IMG/VR virus record: IMGVR_UViG_3300025949_000023
Location: 8,044 to 72,043 of that record
Source of the DNA: a virus
DNA length: 64,000 nt
Reading direction: 5' to 3' (one strand)
The notes beneath the pieces are model-generated. The model saw only the letters and a list, made by a program, of their open reading frames with translations, was not told where the DNA came from and did not search any database. Positions within the stretch are counted from its first letter, which is position 1. The number at the start of each line of letters is the position of its first letter. Positions 30,079 through 40,062 of this stretch are shown here, one piece after another. Both the position numbers and the translations under genes were made by a program.

Positions 30079-30918
30079 ATGGAACAAACGGACGAAAAAA
30101 TAATTACAGCGCATCATAGTATGGCATGCGGAGATTTAATTGCGTGTATGGCCGGTATGAAAGCAGTCTACGAAAGGACGGGGCAAAAATGGTTAATCTA
30201 CCAAACGATTGGGTTGCCTGCCATGTATTATGAAGGCTGCATTTACGGCACACATAGTGAAACCGGTGTACCGGTAACCATGAATGAAACCCTGTTTAGG
30301 ATGCTTCGCCCGCTGATTACAGCGCAGGAATACATCCACGATTTCAGAATCTACCAGCTTGAAAAGGTGGATGTGGATTTTGACAAGATGTTTACCCTGG
30401 GCAAGTGTAATAAACCTTTTGGTATAATACAGCGCTGGCCGTTCTATGCGTTTCACGAATTGGCTATTGACTGCGATTTAAGCAAGCCATGGATAAGCGT
30501 GCCTGAATTAGAAGACGGTATTCTTAAAAGTAATTTAAATGAGTGTATTCTTTTAAACAAAACAGAACGCTATTCTCATGGACTTAGATACACTTTTTTA
30601 GGTGACTCTCCGTACAGAGGAAGTGTAATTTTCTTGGGAACTAAAACCGAATTGCAAAGGGTTATTAGCGAACATGCCATTACTCCCGGATACTTAGAAT
30701 TAGAGAATTTCCTACAGGCTGCTCAATATCTTTCCTGCTGTAAGGTATTTGTTGGCTCACAAAGCTTTCTTTACAATCTCAGTGAGGCTATGAAGATACC
30801 GCGCGTGGTAGAAGTGTTTCCCCCGGCGCCTAATTGTATACCCATTGGAAAAGATGGGTATGACGCTATGTGGCAGGAAGGGCTGGAATGTTATGTAAAA
30901 CATTTGTTTGAGAAATAA
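30079..30918 (+). CDS. GT9-like (GT-B) glycosyltransferase
   Basis: 279 aa; HSMACGDLIACM, LSKPWI and CKVFVGSQSFLYNLSEAMKIPRVVE. Confidence 0.7.
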   Translation: MEQTDEKIITAHHSMACGDLIACMAGMKAVYERTGQKWLIYQTIGLPAMYYEGCIYGTHSETGVPVTMNETLFRMLRPLITAQEYIHDFRIYQLEKVDVDFDKMFTLGKCNKPFGIIQRWPFYAFHELAIDCDLSKPWISVPELEDGILKSNLNECILLNKTERYSHGLRYTFLGDSPYRGSVIFLGTKTELQRVISEHAITPGYLELENFLQAAQYLSCCKVFVGSQSFLYNLSEAMKIPRVVEVFPPAPNCIPIGKDGYDAMWQEGLECYVKHLFEK

Positions 30919-31043
30919 TATATATTTGCCTCAACAAAAGGTGAAAGTTGATATTGGAGCTATTAACTTGCACTCCGGGTTAAAATAAAAAAATGGTTTG
31001 CAAGTACGCGGCTCCAACGCGGAAAGCAAGCCTTTTTTGTTAT

Positions 31044-31715
31044 ATGGCAAAACCAAAACAGCACCACTTTGATATTAATACAGCTATTGATATTGGATTG
31101 CATGAGGCCATAATACTTAATAATTTTGAGTACTGGATTGACTTAAACAGGTCAAACAAGAAGCATTTTTATGACGGCAGGTACTGGACTTTTAATAGCG
31201 TCCGGGCTCTTTCTGAACTTTTCCCTTACTTGTCTTACAAGCAAATTAGGACGGCCATAGACAAACTTTTATCACTGGGTATTTTGGTAAAAGGAAACTT
31301 TAATAAAGTCGGGTACGATAGAACAACATGGTATTCAATAACCGACGTTCCCATTTGCCCCACAGGGCAAATGGATTTGTCCTATAAGGCAAATGGATTT
31401 GCCCAAGAGGGCGAACCTATACCAGATAATAACTCAGATAATTTTACAGATAATGAAAAAGAAAATAGTTATCTTATTAAAAATAATTCATATTTAATAT
31501 TTAAAGAATGGATTAGAGTAAATACACCAAGAGTATTATCATTAGAAGAACAGGTAACAGAAAAAGAGTATAAAACCTTGATTAAAAATTATTCTTCTAA
31601 TGATATTAAAGTCGCACTTGCTTATATGCACAATCAGAAGGATTTAAATAAAAAATACAACTCTGTATATACAAGCCTTAACTTTTTACTTAAAAACAAA
31701 AAACAAACAACATGA
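31044..31715 (+). CDS. Phage replication initiator (wHTH N-terminus, DnaD-like C-terminal helical domain)
   Basis: IGLHEAIIL, YDGRYWTFNS...LFPYLS.KQIRTAIDKL...GNFNKVGYDRTTWY; internal iterons. Confidence 0.8.
   Translation: MAKPKQHHFDINTAIDIGLHEAIILNNFEYWIDLNRSNKKHFYDGRYWTFNSVRALSELFPYLSYKQIRTAIDKLLSLGILVKGNFNKVGYDRTTWYSITDVPICPTGQMDLSYKANGFAQEGEPIPDNNSDNFTDNEKENSYLIKNNSYLIFKEWIRVNTPRVLSLEEQVTEKEYKTLIKNYSSNDIKVALAYMHNQKDLNKKYNSVYTSLNFLLKNKKQTT
31353..31415. repeat. Three 22-bp palindromic iterons (candidate replication origin)
   Basis: ATTTGCCCCACAGGGCAAATGG, ATTTGTCCTATAAGGCAAATGG and ATTTGCCCAAGAGGGCGAA at 31353, 31375 and 31397, followed by an AT-rich tract. Confidence 0.75.
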
Positions 31716-32320
31716 AGAAAACGCCGACTTTGGAGTGCTTTTTTGACGGTGCCTGTTACCCGAAAAATCCCTACGGAACGATGGGGATGGGTGCGTGCAT
31801 CAATGAAATGGGGATTGAGTTATGGAAATGCAGCCATACAATCCCGGCAGGTAAGGCCAACAGTAACAATGTAGCTGAGTACCTGGCGCTGGAATACATC
31901 CTTGATGAACTGATGAAGCAGGCTGTAAAAATGGAAACTATCGTTATTAAAGGCGACAGTAAACTTGTAATTGAGCAAATGAGTGGCAAATACAAGATTA
32001 AAAGTGGTATGTATGTCCCCGTAGCGATTAGGTGTAAAAAGAAAGTTATGCACTTAAGTTCACTTAATGATATAAAATTTCAATGGATTCCGCGTGAGCA
32101 AAATAGCTATTGCGATAGCCTAAGTGGCGGTGATAATTTTAATAAACCAAACAACAAGGTATTAAGGGGTAGTTTTGAGGTCGTAGATGGAAAACTATCG
32201 TTTAATTGCACAACTACAAACATACCATTTAATGAAGTTCTTTTTGGATTGACCAAACTTAGAGACGAACTTAACAGGCAGATTGACAATCAACAAAATT
32301 GTCCTTACCATGGAAAGTAA
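31712..32320 (+). CDS. Ribonuclease HI-family protein
   Basis: FFDGACYPKNPYG, SNNVAEYLAL, IKGDSKLVIEQM and WIPREQNSYCDSLS give the D-E-D-D catalytic set. Confidence 0.9.
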   Translation: MKKTPTLECFFDGACYPKNPYGTMGMGACINEMGIELWKCSHTIPAGKANSNNVAEYLALEYILDELMKQAVKMETIVIKGDSKLVIEQMSGKYKIKSGMYVPVAIRCKKKVMHLSSLNDIKFQWIPREQNSYCDSLSGGDNFNKPNNKVLRGSFEVVDGKLSFNCTTTNIPFNEVLFGLTKLRDELNRQIDNQQNCPYHGK

Positions 32321-32831
32321 AGCCCTGCAAAAAGCCAAAGAAGCAATCGCCCGGCGCAATGCTCTAAAGGCAAAGCCTGTTAAAAAGGAGAGAAGCTATA
32401 AAAGAAGCGTTTTAAAGCCCTCAGAAACGGTTTTGTATGCTCGTAAAGAAGATAAGATTAAAAGCCTTACAAGCCAGCTTACAAAGGCAAATAACACCAT
32501 CCAGCATATATCATCGCTGTTTGATGATAGAAAAAATGTAGTACCGGTGTTTATGGCCCTGCGCACGGTGGATGATTTTCTTTGCGCTAAATACAATATA
32601 AAAGTTTCGGATATTTACGTCCTCAGCCAGGCTGATTTGGAAGATATACCTTTTACAACGGACGATTATGATGTATATGCTCTTAACAGGCTGATTAAAG
32701 CAGGGTTTGTAAAATCACGGATAACCAAAGGAAACAAAACTTATTTCACTATGCCGGCAGCAAAACTGTTCTTAAATGAACTTACCAAAGAGGTAAAGAA
32801 GGTGATGATGCCGCTGCTTAAAATACAGTAA
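32310..32831 (+). CDS. Putative winged-helix DNA-binding protein
   Basis: Basic N-terminus; C-terminal ALNRLIKAGFVKS...YFTMPAAK resembles a MarR-like wHTH. Confidence 0.45.
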   Translation: MESKALQKAKEAIARRNALKAKPVKKERSYKRSVLKPSETVLYARKEDKIKSLTSQLTKANNTIQHISSLFDDRKNVVPVFMALRTVDDFLCAKYNIKVSDIYVLSQADLEDIPFTTDDYDVYALNRLIKAGFVKSRITKGNKTYFTMPAAKLFLNELTKEVKKVMMPLLKIQ

Positions 32832-33680
32832 ATGAACTTACCAAAATTAATTATATCATTTAGTGGCGGTGAAACATCCGCATTTATGACCCAGTGGCTT
32901 TTAAAAAACAAATCAAATGAGTATGATTTTACAGTTGTCTTTGCTAACACTGGTTGCGAAAATGAGGAAACTTTAGAGTTTGTAAATGAATGTGATAAAT
33001 ATTTCGGGTTGAATGTTGTTTGGGTTGAAGCTATTACTACCCCTATAAAAGGCATAGGTGTAGTTTCAAAAATTGTTTCTTTTGAAACAGCAAGTAGGGA
33101 TGGAGAACCATTTGAGTTAATGATACAAAAATTAGGAATACCAAATCGGACTGCTCCGCGTTGTAGTGAAGAATTAAAAAAATTCCCTATTAGGCATTAT
33201 GCTCGAACGGTTGGATTGAAAAAATACTACACTGCTATTGGTATAAGAATAGACGAGGTTGACAGAGTAAGCGAAAACTATAAATCTGAAAAAATTATAT
33301 ACCCGTTGATTAGCATGGTTCCAATAAATAAAGATGGTATTAATTCTTTTTGGAGCAGTATGCCTTTTAGGCTTAGATTAAAACCATATCAAGGAAATTG
33401 TAAATGGTGTTGGAAAAAATCTTTTAAAAAACTAATAACCATAGCTAAAGAAACTCCATCTGCCTTTGACTTCCCTGTTAGAATGGAAGAAACTTATGGG
33501 AATATCATTCCAACGCAGCGAAAAGATAGTAAAAACATTAAGTTGCCTCTTACTTTTTTTAGAGGCAACCTTAGTGCGAAAGATATTCTTTCAATGGCAA
33601 ATAGACCGGAACTACAGGGAGTTCTTGATTTTAACCAAGAAACCCCAAATGGGTGTTCGGAAAGCTGTGAGGCTTTTTAA
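32832..33680 (+). CDS. PAPS-reductase/PP-loop family protein
   Basis: ISFSGGETS, VFANTGCE, RCSEELK, IGIRIDE, IYPL, GNCKWCWKK and terminal CSESCE. Confidence 0.85.
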   Translation: MNLPKLIISFSGGETSAFMTQWLLKNKSNEYDFTVVFANTGCENEETLEFVNECDKYFGLNVVWVEAITTPIKGIGVVSKIVSFETASRDGEPFELMIQKLGIPNRTAPRCSEELKKFPIRHYARTVGLKKYYTAIGIRIDEVDRVSENYKSEKIIYPLISMVPINKDGINSFWSSMPFRLRLKPYQGNCKWCWKKSFKKLITIAKETPSAFDFPVRMEETYGNIIPTQRKDSKNIKLPLTFFRGNLSAKDILSMANRPELQGVLDFNQETPNGCSESCEAF

Positions 33681-33686
33681 TTTATT

Positions 33687-35900
33687 TTATGCCTGCCGCT
33701 GTATGTAATCATAATCTTCCACCCGCCGTGCCCTGCCGGTAGCCTTGTTAATCGTGTATTCCTCCACCACCTGCATGCGCTTTACTTCTTTCTTTTTGTG
33801 TTTGAACTCGCCCATATAGTTTAACAGCCACATCATAAATCCTATACTCACGTCACTTTTTGTACGGTCGGCGGGGTCAAACGTCTCTAAATCTTCCAGT
33901 ATCTGTAAGAACTTAATCTTCCACCAGTGCTTCTGGATGTAGATAGCCGCCAATTCAATCTGCCTGGCAAATACAAACGGGTCGGACGAGCTGGCGCCAT
34001 ACTCCACGGCCTTGTCGCTTTCCCGCAGTTTACGCATAGCATCAATCGCCGCATCCGGCTTTTTACCCAACATTGGTAAACAGTTCACATCCATGAAATT
34101 GGGCATGGTATTATTGAAGTACTTGATATACTCCTGCGTAGCATCCCTTTCCACGGTTACCGTGCAGCCATACCACATACTGGCCATTAAAATCTCTTTC
34201 CAAAACAATTCCGTTAACCTAGGCCTTCCTATGTACAACGCCACTGGGTCGCCGCCTTCTTCATGCGCCTCCATGCTGGGGTCAAGTTTGCTGCCTATTA
34301 CAATTACACCTTTTGAGCCTAATTCCTTCGTTTTATCAAACCTAAAGGTATCAGCACCCCCTGCATAGATAGCCGTTCCCATTGGCCACGGCCTGCCTCT
34401 TTCATCTATCCGGTAGTTATTCGGTGTTTTGGGAAAGTCTTTTATCAGCCAGTTACCGTTTATATCGTCGCAGAACTCAATTACAACCTGTTTCTTGCCT
34501 TCATTATTGAAGTGTGATACCATAAGCCTCCCACGCCTTAAATACAGCTCTTTATCCCGCAGCATGCGTTTTACAACTTCAATCTGAGACTTTATATTTT
34601 CAAGGTTAAAGGGGCTCATGCTGTCGCCAAAGTCAAACATATCCTGTTCCCTTACAGGGTACTTGCGCCTTTCCTCTGCCTTATCATCTTCGTCTGTTAG
34701 CAGGGCCAATTTATGTTCAAGGTATTTTTTAGCTCCCAGCCTAAGGTATTCGTCCGGTACCCGTTCTTCATGGTTGGTTACTTCCTGGTTTTTCTGTATC
34801 AGGTAGGCCAGTGTTTCTTCGTCCGGTGGGTCAATTACACTCTCACCGTACTTGCCTATAAAACCAAACAGCCCGTCATACGCCGGCTTGAAAAACTTAA
34901 CCGCCTGTTGAGGTAGCCTGTTTAGCGGGTATTCGTATTGATTGGCGGCATCCCATATCCTTTTAAATGCGTTACCACCCTTAGTGGGTGGGTTTACCGT
35001 TGACGGTATATAAGCAAACCCTTTCCTTACCGCACCTACTACCAGGGTGTCTTTTACGATACGCCAGTACTTTGCAAACGATACTTTTAACCATTTACCT
35101 GCTTCATCTATGAGTATAAAGCTCCATCTGCCGGAGTCAAATGCGTTTAGCGTGGTGTCCCTTTTTACTATAATAGAGTTAAGGCCTTCACGGGCGGTGT
35201 TCACCTGGCCCTGTGATTGTTTTTTCTTTCCTTCTTTACGCAGGCTGATTTCATTCTTAGGGTCGGTACCACCTGCAGTACGTGGCCGCAGGTAGATAGG
35301 CAGTGATTTAAACGCATACACCAGCATGTTCTCAAACATATCGTCCACGTCGTCACCGGTCTTTGATATGTTACCGCAGCGTTTATTACCGCCCCAGCCA
35401 GCGGCATTGGTGGCTATCCACATCTCTATACACGTACCATGGCTGGTAGCTCCTTCACGTCGCGCCTTGCCCCTGATGATAGCCGCTATATACGGGTTAC
35501 TATAACACGAAATAAAGAAGATAAAGAAAAGCCTGTCACATTCCCTATACTCAGGTTTGCTGCCATCCTCCAGCGTCCAGTAGGTTAACCAGTAGTAGTA
35601 AACTCCGGGGATATACGTTGGAACGCCTTTAATCATCACCCAAACCCCATGCTGGCACTTATGCAGCTCCTCCAGTACAAATTTCTTTTGCTCAGGCGTG
35701 TATACAGGGTCACCGTCAAAGTCAAACCTAATGTTGTCCATGAAGTCGGGTATCTCCTGCCTGCGGTAGTATTGTTCTTTTACTGGCCGCTTATTGCCTT
35801 CAATCTTTGTTATCGCTGGTTGGTCGGGAATGGAGCAGGGGATGCCCTGTATTATTTGTTCGGTAGGCATGTTCAATATTTTTATTTGTTCATGTAACAT
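33687..35900 (-). CDS. terL: Terminase large subunit (crAss-like type)
   Basis: 737 aa; Walker A-like GKARREGAT, Walker B FILIDEAGK, PSTVN coupling motif, nuclease AGGADTF...DVSIG. Confidence 0.9.
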   Translation of the reverse strand: MLHEQIKILNMPTEQIIQGIPCSIPDQPAITKIEGNKRPVKEQYYRRQEIPDFMDNIRFDFDGDPVYTPEQKKFVLEELHKCQHGVWVMIKGVPTYIPGVYYYWLTYWTLEDGSKPEYRECDRLFFIFFISCYSNPYIAAIIRGKARREGATSHGTCIEMWIATNAAGWGGNKRCGNISKTGDDVDDMFENMLVYAFKSLPIYLRPRTAGGTDPKNEISLRKEGKKKQSQGQVNTAREGLNSIIVKRDTTLNAFDSGRWSFILIDEAGKWLKVSFAKYWRIVKDTLVVGAVRKGFAYIPSTVNPPTKGGNAFKRIWDAANQYEYPLNRLPQQAVKFFKPAYDGLFGFIGKYGESVIDPPDEETLAYLIQKNQEVTNHEERVPDEYLRLGAKKYLEHKLALLTDEDDKAEERRKYPVREQDMFDFGDSMSPFNLENIKSQIEVVKRMLRDKELYLRRGRLMVSHFNNEGKKQVVIEFCDDINGNWLIKDFPKTPNNYRIDERGRPWPMGTAIYAGGADTFRFDKTKELGSKGVIVIGSKLDPSMEAHEEGGDPVALYIGRPRLTELFWKEILMASMWYGCTVTVERDATQEYIKYFNNTMPNFMDVNCLPMLGKKPDAAIDAMRKLRESDKAVEYGASSSDPFVFARQIELAAIYIQKHWWKIKFLQILEDLETFDPADRTKSDVSIGFMMWLLNYMGEFKHKKKEVKRMQVVEEYTINKATGRARRVEDYDYIQRQA

Positions 35901-35909
35901 GAACCATAG

Positions 35910-35937
35910 AAAAAAGCCCCACCATTTGGCAGGGCTT
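35910..35937 (-). terminator. Intrinsic terminator upstream of terL
   Basis: AAGCCCTGCCA-AA-TGGTGGGGCTT-TTTT on -. Confidence 0.65.
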
Positions 35938-35955
35938 AATCCTTAAACAATATAG

Positions 35956-37125
35956 TTAGAAACTTACGAGGTTAAGCGCCTTTAACTGGCTGGCGAACTC
36001 TGCGCCTTCTGCCGTTAAAGTAAACTCAGCCAAATACTCAATCGGGTTTTTATCACCAGGTAGCATGGTAATAAACCTTGCTGTACGCATCCAGTGCGCC
36101 TGTCCCGGCTTAATCAACCCCAACCCTAATTCACTCCTTTCAATGGCCGTGGTAATCATGTGCATGATTTTAACCTTCGGGTCATTAAACGAGCTTTCAA
36201 ACAGCTCAGGTTGTTGATAAGCGTAGTCTTTGTAGTCCTCCCTTATTGCGTCAATATCCCTGCGCTGGCTGGTTTCTGGCACTACAAAAGAAATATTAAG
36301 GTATTTAGCATGCGGTATCATTTCTGCATCGCGGCAATCACTTGCCAGGCGGTAGCATTTTTCACGCAGCTTGCCACGGGTTACCTTGCTATCTTCTATC
36401 TGGCCAAAGTCAAGCAACTGGAATAAAGGCTTTGTGTCGCCATGCCTGCGCACTTTAGGGTGCTGGTTTTTGCACTGGTTAGTACACCATAAAAAATCAC
36501 GCAGGGTCGTCATAGTTCCTTTTACCTGCAGTTCAAACTTTACAAACAGCAGAGCATCCCTGTTGCGGTCATTGTCAATAATCGGGTTACGGCCGTTTAC
36601 CATCAAATACCTTTCAGGGTTTGTTCTTTCCTGCTCGTCTACAAAGATTGACTTTTCGGTGAAAATAAACCGTATATCACGCGGTTGCCAGATAATAGTT
36701 CCTTCTTCTTCGCCAGCTTTTAAATCCGTTCTTTCGTCGCGAATATCCACCGGAACATAGCTATAAACGCCATCCTTGTCAACTACATGGAAGGGCCAAT
36801 TTATTGTATCGTTTTGTTTCAGGTAAGTACGGCCGGCTTTGTTGCCCCAAAGTTTTTTATCTGGTGGCTTTACAAAACGGAAAATGTATTTATCCGGCGC
36901 ATCCTGTAGCCTTTTCCTTTTTACGGGAGCTGGTGCTGTTTGTGTGGCTGCAAATGCTGCTTGTGGAATAGCGGGCTGTGGCGGTACCTGTGAAGTTGGT
37001 TGCTGTTGTTGTACTTGCTGCTTGCGAAGGTTGCCAATGTTCGGATTGCCTCTTTGTTTTTTTGGCGCTGCAGGGTTTGCAGGCGCACCCAATAAGCCTG
37101 TTTCGGCTGGTGTAGTTTCTGACAT
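35956..37125 (-). CDS. Conserved capsid-module protein downstream of MCP
   Basis: 389 aa; P/Q-rich N-terminus; position equals the gene after MCP in crAss-like phages. Confidence 0.55.
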   Translation of the reverse strand: MSETTPAETGLLGAPANPAAPKKQRGNPNIGNLRKQQVQQQQPTSQVPPQPAIPQAAFAATQTAPAPVKRKRLQDAPDKYIFRFVKPPDKKLWGNKAGRTYLKQNDTINWPFHVVDKDGVYSYVPVDIRDERTDLKAGEEEGTIIWQPRDIRFIFTEKSIFVDEQERTNPERYLMVNGRNPIIDNDRNRDALLFVKFELQVKGTMTTLRDFLWCTNQCKNQHPKVRRHGDTKPLFQLLDFGQIEDSKVTRGKLREKCYRLASDCRDAEMIPHAKYLNISFVVPETSQRRDIDAIREDYKDYAYQQPELFESSFNDPKVKIMHMITTAIERSELGLGLIKPGQAHWMRTARFITMLPGDKNPIEYLAEFTLTAEGAEFASQLKALNLVSF

Positions 37126-37202
37126 TGTATTTGTTTTGTGGAGGGCTTACGCTGCTCCGGTTATTTCAACAGGGCCTGTCATAGTACTGTTGAAGAATAT
37201 TT

Positions 37203-37228
37203 AAAAGAAGGGCGGCTAACTGCCGCCC
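37203..37228 (-). terminator. Intrinsic terminator after MCP
   Basis: GGGCGGC-AGTTA-GCCGCCC-TTCTTTT. Confidence 0.8.
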
Positions 37229-37243
37229 CTATAAAAACTAAAA

Positions 37244-38662
37244 TTACTGCCCGATAAAGAGAGCGTACTGATTAGCGGCGATAACACGCACACCAAAGTA
37301 AGAACTCATAGATACGGTAGCATTCAATGTCCCGGTTTTATTCTGGCTTGCTGCACCACCGTACTCCCAAGTGTATATCCTCTGGCCGCTCATTGTAGGG
37401 TCTGTCTGCCATACAATCTGGAATGAAGGATAAGTTACACTCTGCATTTTAGGGTCTTGGTTTATACGCTGAGGTATAAGCAGGCTGTAGTTGCGGTAGC
37501 TGTCGCCAGTGCTTGCCTGCGGGCTACGTTTGTACACCATTTCAACGTTATACAGCGGGTTTTCCTTAAAGTGGTAGGTAATGTTATCCATCCTGTAAGA
37601 ATCAAAGCCATAAGCAGCAGAGGCTTCTTTACCGCCACCATCAAAACTTTCGTAAGTACAAGCTAAGAAAGTGTTTTTGTAAGTGGTAAACAGCAGGTCT
37701 GAAATGCTTTGTTTGCTGTAAATATCCATCAGGTGGTGGTACTCACCAGGTGCCCCGTAGAAGTTCAACGCACGGCCGAGGGTGTGGAAGTCGTTGATTG
37801 TTGGGTTACCGGCCTGAAACTGTACAATAGAGCCACCTGCCTGTACACGCGGTTGTACGCCGATAGTACCAAACGTGCCGTTTGCTGAACGGTTGCTTGC
37901 ACCGTTAGCTTCCAGCACTTTAAAGAACATATCGTTCATGTACCTGCGGTTCATGTCGTCCATGCCAAGGTATTTATAATACTGACGGCCGTCTGCCAGA
38001 ACAACTTCCTGCTTTTCAATTAAAGCAAAGTCGGTCATTGTAAAGTCGTCGCGGTGCTCCGTAGTGGTATTGTAAATCTTGTCATAAACAGGTGCAAGGC
38101 CTTGGCTTGTGGTTGAAGCCTCACCAATATCCATTATACCGCGGAATAGGATAGCGTCACCGGCAAGTATCTGGCCAGCGCCAGATGCACCTGCAGAAGT
38201 TATTATGTCGGTTGTGTTTTCCGGTGTAATAGTTACTGTCCACGCATTAGCCGTGGTGGATGGTACCGCTGAAATGTAAAGAGGCACATCCTGGTTAGAT
38301 GCCAGTACGCATGTTTCGTTCACGCGGGCAGCGCATGCACCATTCACATAGTAGCTGTCTGCAGCCACAGTGAAAGTATAAGAGGCGCCTGGTGTGCCGG
38401 TGCTAACTGTATTGGCCACTGTAAGGCTGGAGTGCAGCTCCCTTTTTTCGTAGTGATAAAACTGCTTGTTATCAGTCATTTCATAGGTAGCTGTTTTACC
38501 CATTAGTAACTGCCATAAGCCGTAGTTTTCAGCCCCATATTTGCGTATCAGTTCTTTAAGGAATGAACGGTCATTAGAGTTAAGGTCGTTCAGTAATATG
38601 GGGTAACTGAACTGACTGGTTGCAAAACCGGACGGAGTGAACGCAGGAGATTGATTTGCCAT
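37244..38662 (-). CDS. Major capsid protein (HK97 fold, crAss-like)
   Basis: 472 aa; follows scaffold; biased codon usage; strong downstream terminator; YGFDSY and C-terminal SYFGVRVIAAN. Confidence 0.8.
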   Translation of the reverse strand: MANQSPAFTPSGFATSQFSYPILLNDLNSNDRSFLKELIRKYGAENYGLWQLLMGKTATYEMTDNKQFYHYEKRELHSSLTVANTVSTGTPGASYTFTVAADSYYVNGACAARVNETCVLASNQDVPLYISAVPSTTANAWTVTITPENTTDIITSAGASGAGQILAGDAILFRGIMDIGEASTTSQGLAPVYDKIYNTTTEHRDDFTMTDFALIEKQEVVLADGRQYYKYLGMDDMNRRYMNDMFFKVLEANGASNRSANGTFGTIGVQPRVQAGGSIVQFQAGNPTINDFHTLGRALNFYGAPGEYHHLMDIYSKQSISDLLFTTYKNTFLACTYESFDGGGKEASAAYGFDSYRMDNITYHFKENPLYNVEMVYKRSPQASTGDSYRNYSLLIPQRINQDPKMQSVTYPSFQIVWQTDPTMSGQRIYTWEYGGAASQNKTGTLNATVSMSSYFGVRVIAANQYALFIGQ

Positions 38663-38813
38663 AAAATTATTGTTTTGCCCTCGTTTGAGGCGCGGTTGGT
38701 AATGTTGTTAAAATTCCGGTGGAACATCGAAGCACACTACCAAAACGGATTTGTCGCTATTATTTCCCTGTAAAAGCATTGGCTTGCTGAAACAGTTTAT
38801 TTCAAACTGCACC

Positions 38814-40028
38814 CTACTTTTTGGATGGTACGCCAGCGAAAGCTAACAGCTTGTCCCTGTCCTCGTCGGTAGCCGTAGGCATTATGTCCCTCGCACTGCC
38901 GCGATTGCTTGGTGGCTGGTAGTTTCTGTCCCTCATAAGCTTTGCTTCTAAAGTTTGTACCGAGGACGCCTGTGCAGTTGTGTTGGCGATAAAACCAGGA
39001 TTGTCTAACACCCAGACATCCCTTGCTATGGCATTTACATCGTATTCTCCATTGGCTTGGAGCCAGCGATTAAAAAAGCCTGAAAGGAACGCCTCTGGAT
39101 TAGGCTGGATTTTACTTGCTATCGCCCCTACCTGCTCAGCAGGCAGTGCGATTTCGCCCTGCACTTTGGTTGTCTTGTCTTGGCTTTCGTACCCGAACGG
39201 TATTTTACTAACCTTATCAGCGGTAAACTGTGAGCCAAAAGAAACTATTTGCTTAGATTCTTCGGTTAGCACAGGCGCTGCCGGTTGAGCTGCAGGTTGC
39301 GCGGCCTGCGGCTTAGGTAAGTCCAATACGGGCTTGATATTTAAAAACTCTGCTTTTGCTTTGTTGGCATCCCTTGTAAGGCGGTCTTTGGCCTTCTTTT
39401 GTTCTCGGGCATAATCAGCCTGGTTAAGCTGCAGCTCGTCGGGAACATACACGCGGTTGTATTCTTCCTGTACATCCGCTTCGTCAAAGGATGGGTATTC
39501 TTTACGGATAGAAGCCTTTACTATTTGCTCATGGCTCATAGTATCAAGCTGTGCACGGAAAACATGCTGCTCGATAAACGGCGCCAGCACATCATACTTG
39601 CCTTCGTATATCGCGTTATAAACTTGTTCTGATTCTGGTGTAGGAAATTTAAAAGGTTCTACCACTTTCTCCACCACCTTTTCAACCACCGGTGGCTTGG
39701 CAAGGTCGGCCTGTATTTTCTCCCAGCTATCGTATTTACCGTCGCTTACCTGTTTAAGCCAATCTTCCGGCTTAACCGGTTGCTCGGTGGAGGGGGCGGG
39801 TGCTGCTGCGGCAGGTGCTGGTGCAGGTTGTCCTTCGTTTCCGCTGCCAGGCGCTCCGTCATTTGGCGGTGTGCCCATGTGGCTACTATTGCCCTGTGGC
39901 GGGCTGTCTTGGAGTGCTGCCGGGTTTGATACCGGGGCTGGTGGTTGAGTTGCGGGGACGCCGGATGCTGCCTGTTTTAAGGCTGCTTCCATGTTGCTGT
40001 CTGCCGTAACTTCTTTTAATTCATCCAT
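38814..40028 (-). CDS. Capsid scaffolding-like protein
   Basis: 404 aa; acidic, P/A-rich disordered N-terminus, helical; lies between portal and MCP. Confidence 0.65.
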   Translation of the reverse strand: MDELKEVTADSNMEAALKQAASGVPATQPPAPVSNPAALQDSPPQGNSSHMGTPPNDGAPGSGNEGQPAPAPAAAAPAPSTEQPVKPEDWLKQVSDGKYDSWEKIQADLAKPPVVEKVVEKVVEPFKFPTPESEQVYNAIYEGKYDVLAPFIEQHVFRAQLDTMSHEQIVKASIRKEYPSFDEADVQEEYNRVYVPDELQLNQADYAREQKKAKDRLTRDANKAKAEFLNIKPVLDLPKPQAAQPAAQPAAPVLTEESKQIVSFGSQFTADKVSKIPFGYESQDKTTKVQGEIALPAEQVGAIASKIQPNPEAFLSGFFNRWLQANGEYDVNAIARDVWVLDNPGFIANTTAQASSVQTLEAKLMRDRNYQPPSNRGSARDIMPTATDEDRDKLLAFAGVPSKK

Positions 40029-40062
40029 AATTGGTAGGTCAATTAATTTAAAACTGACATAC

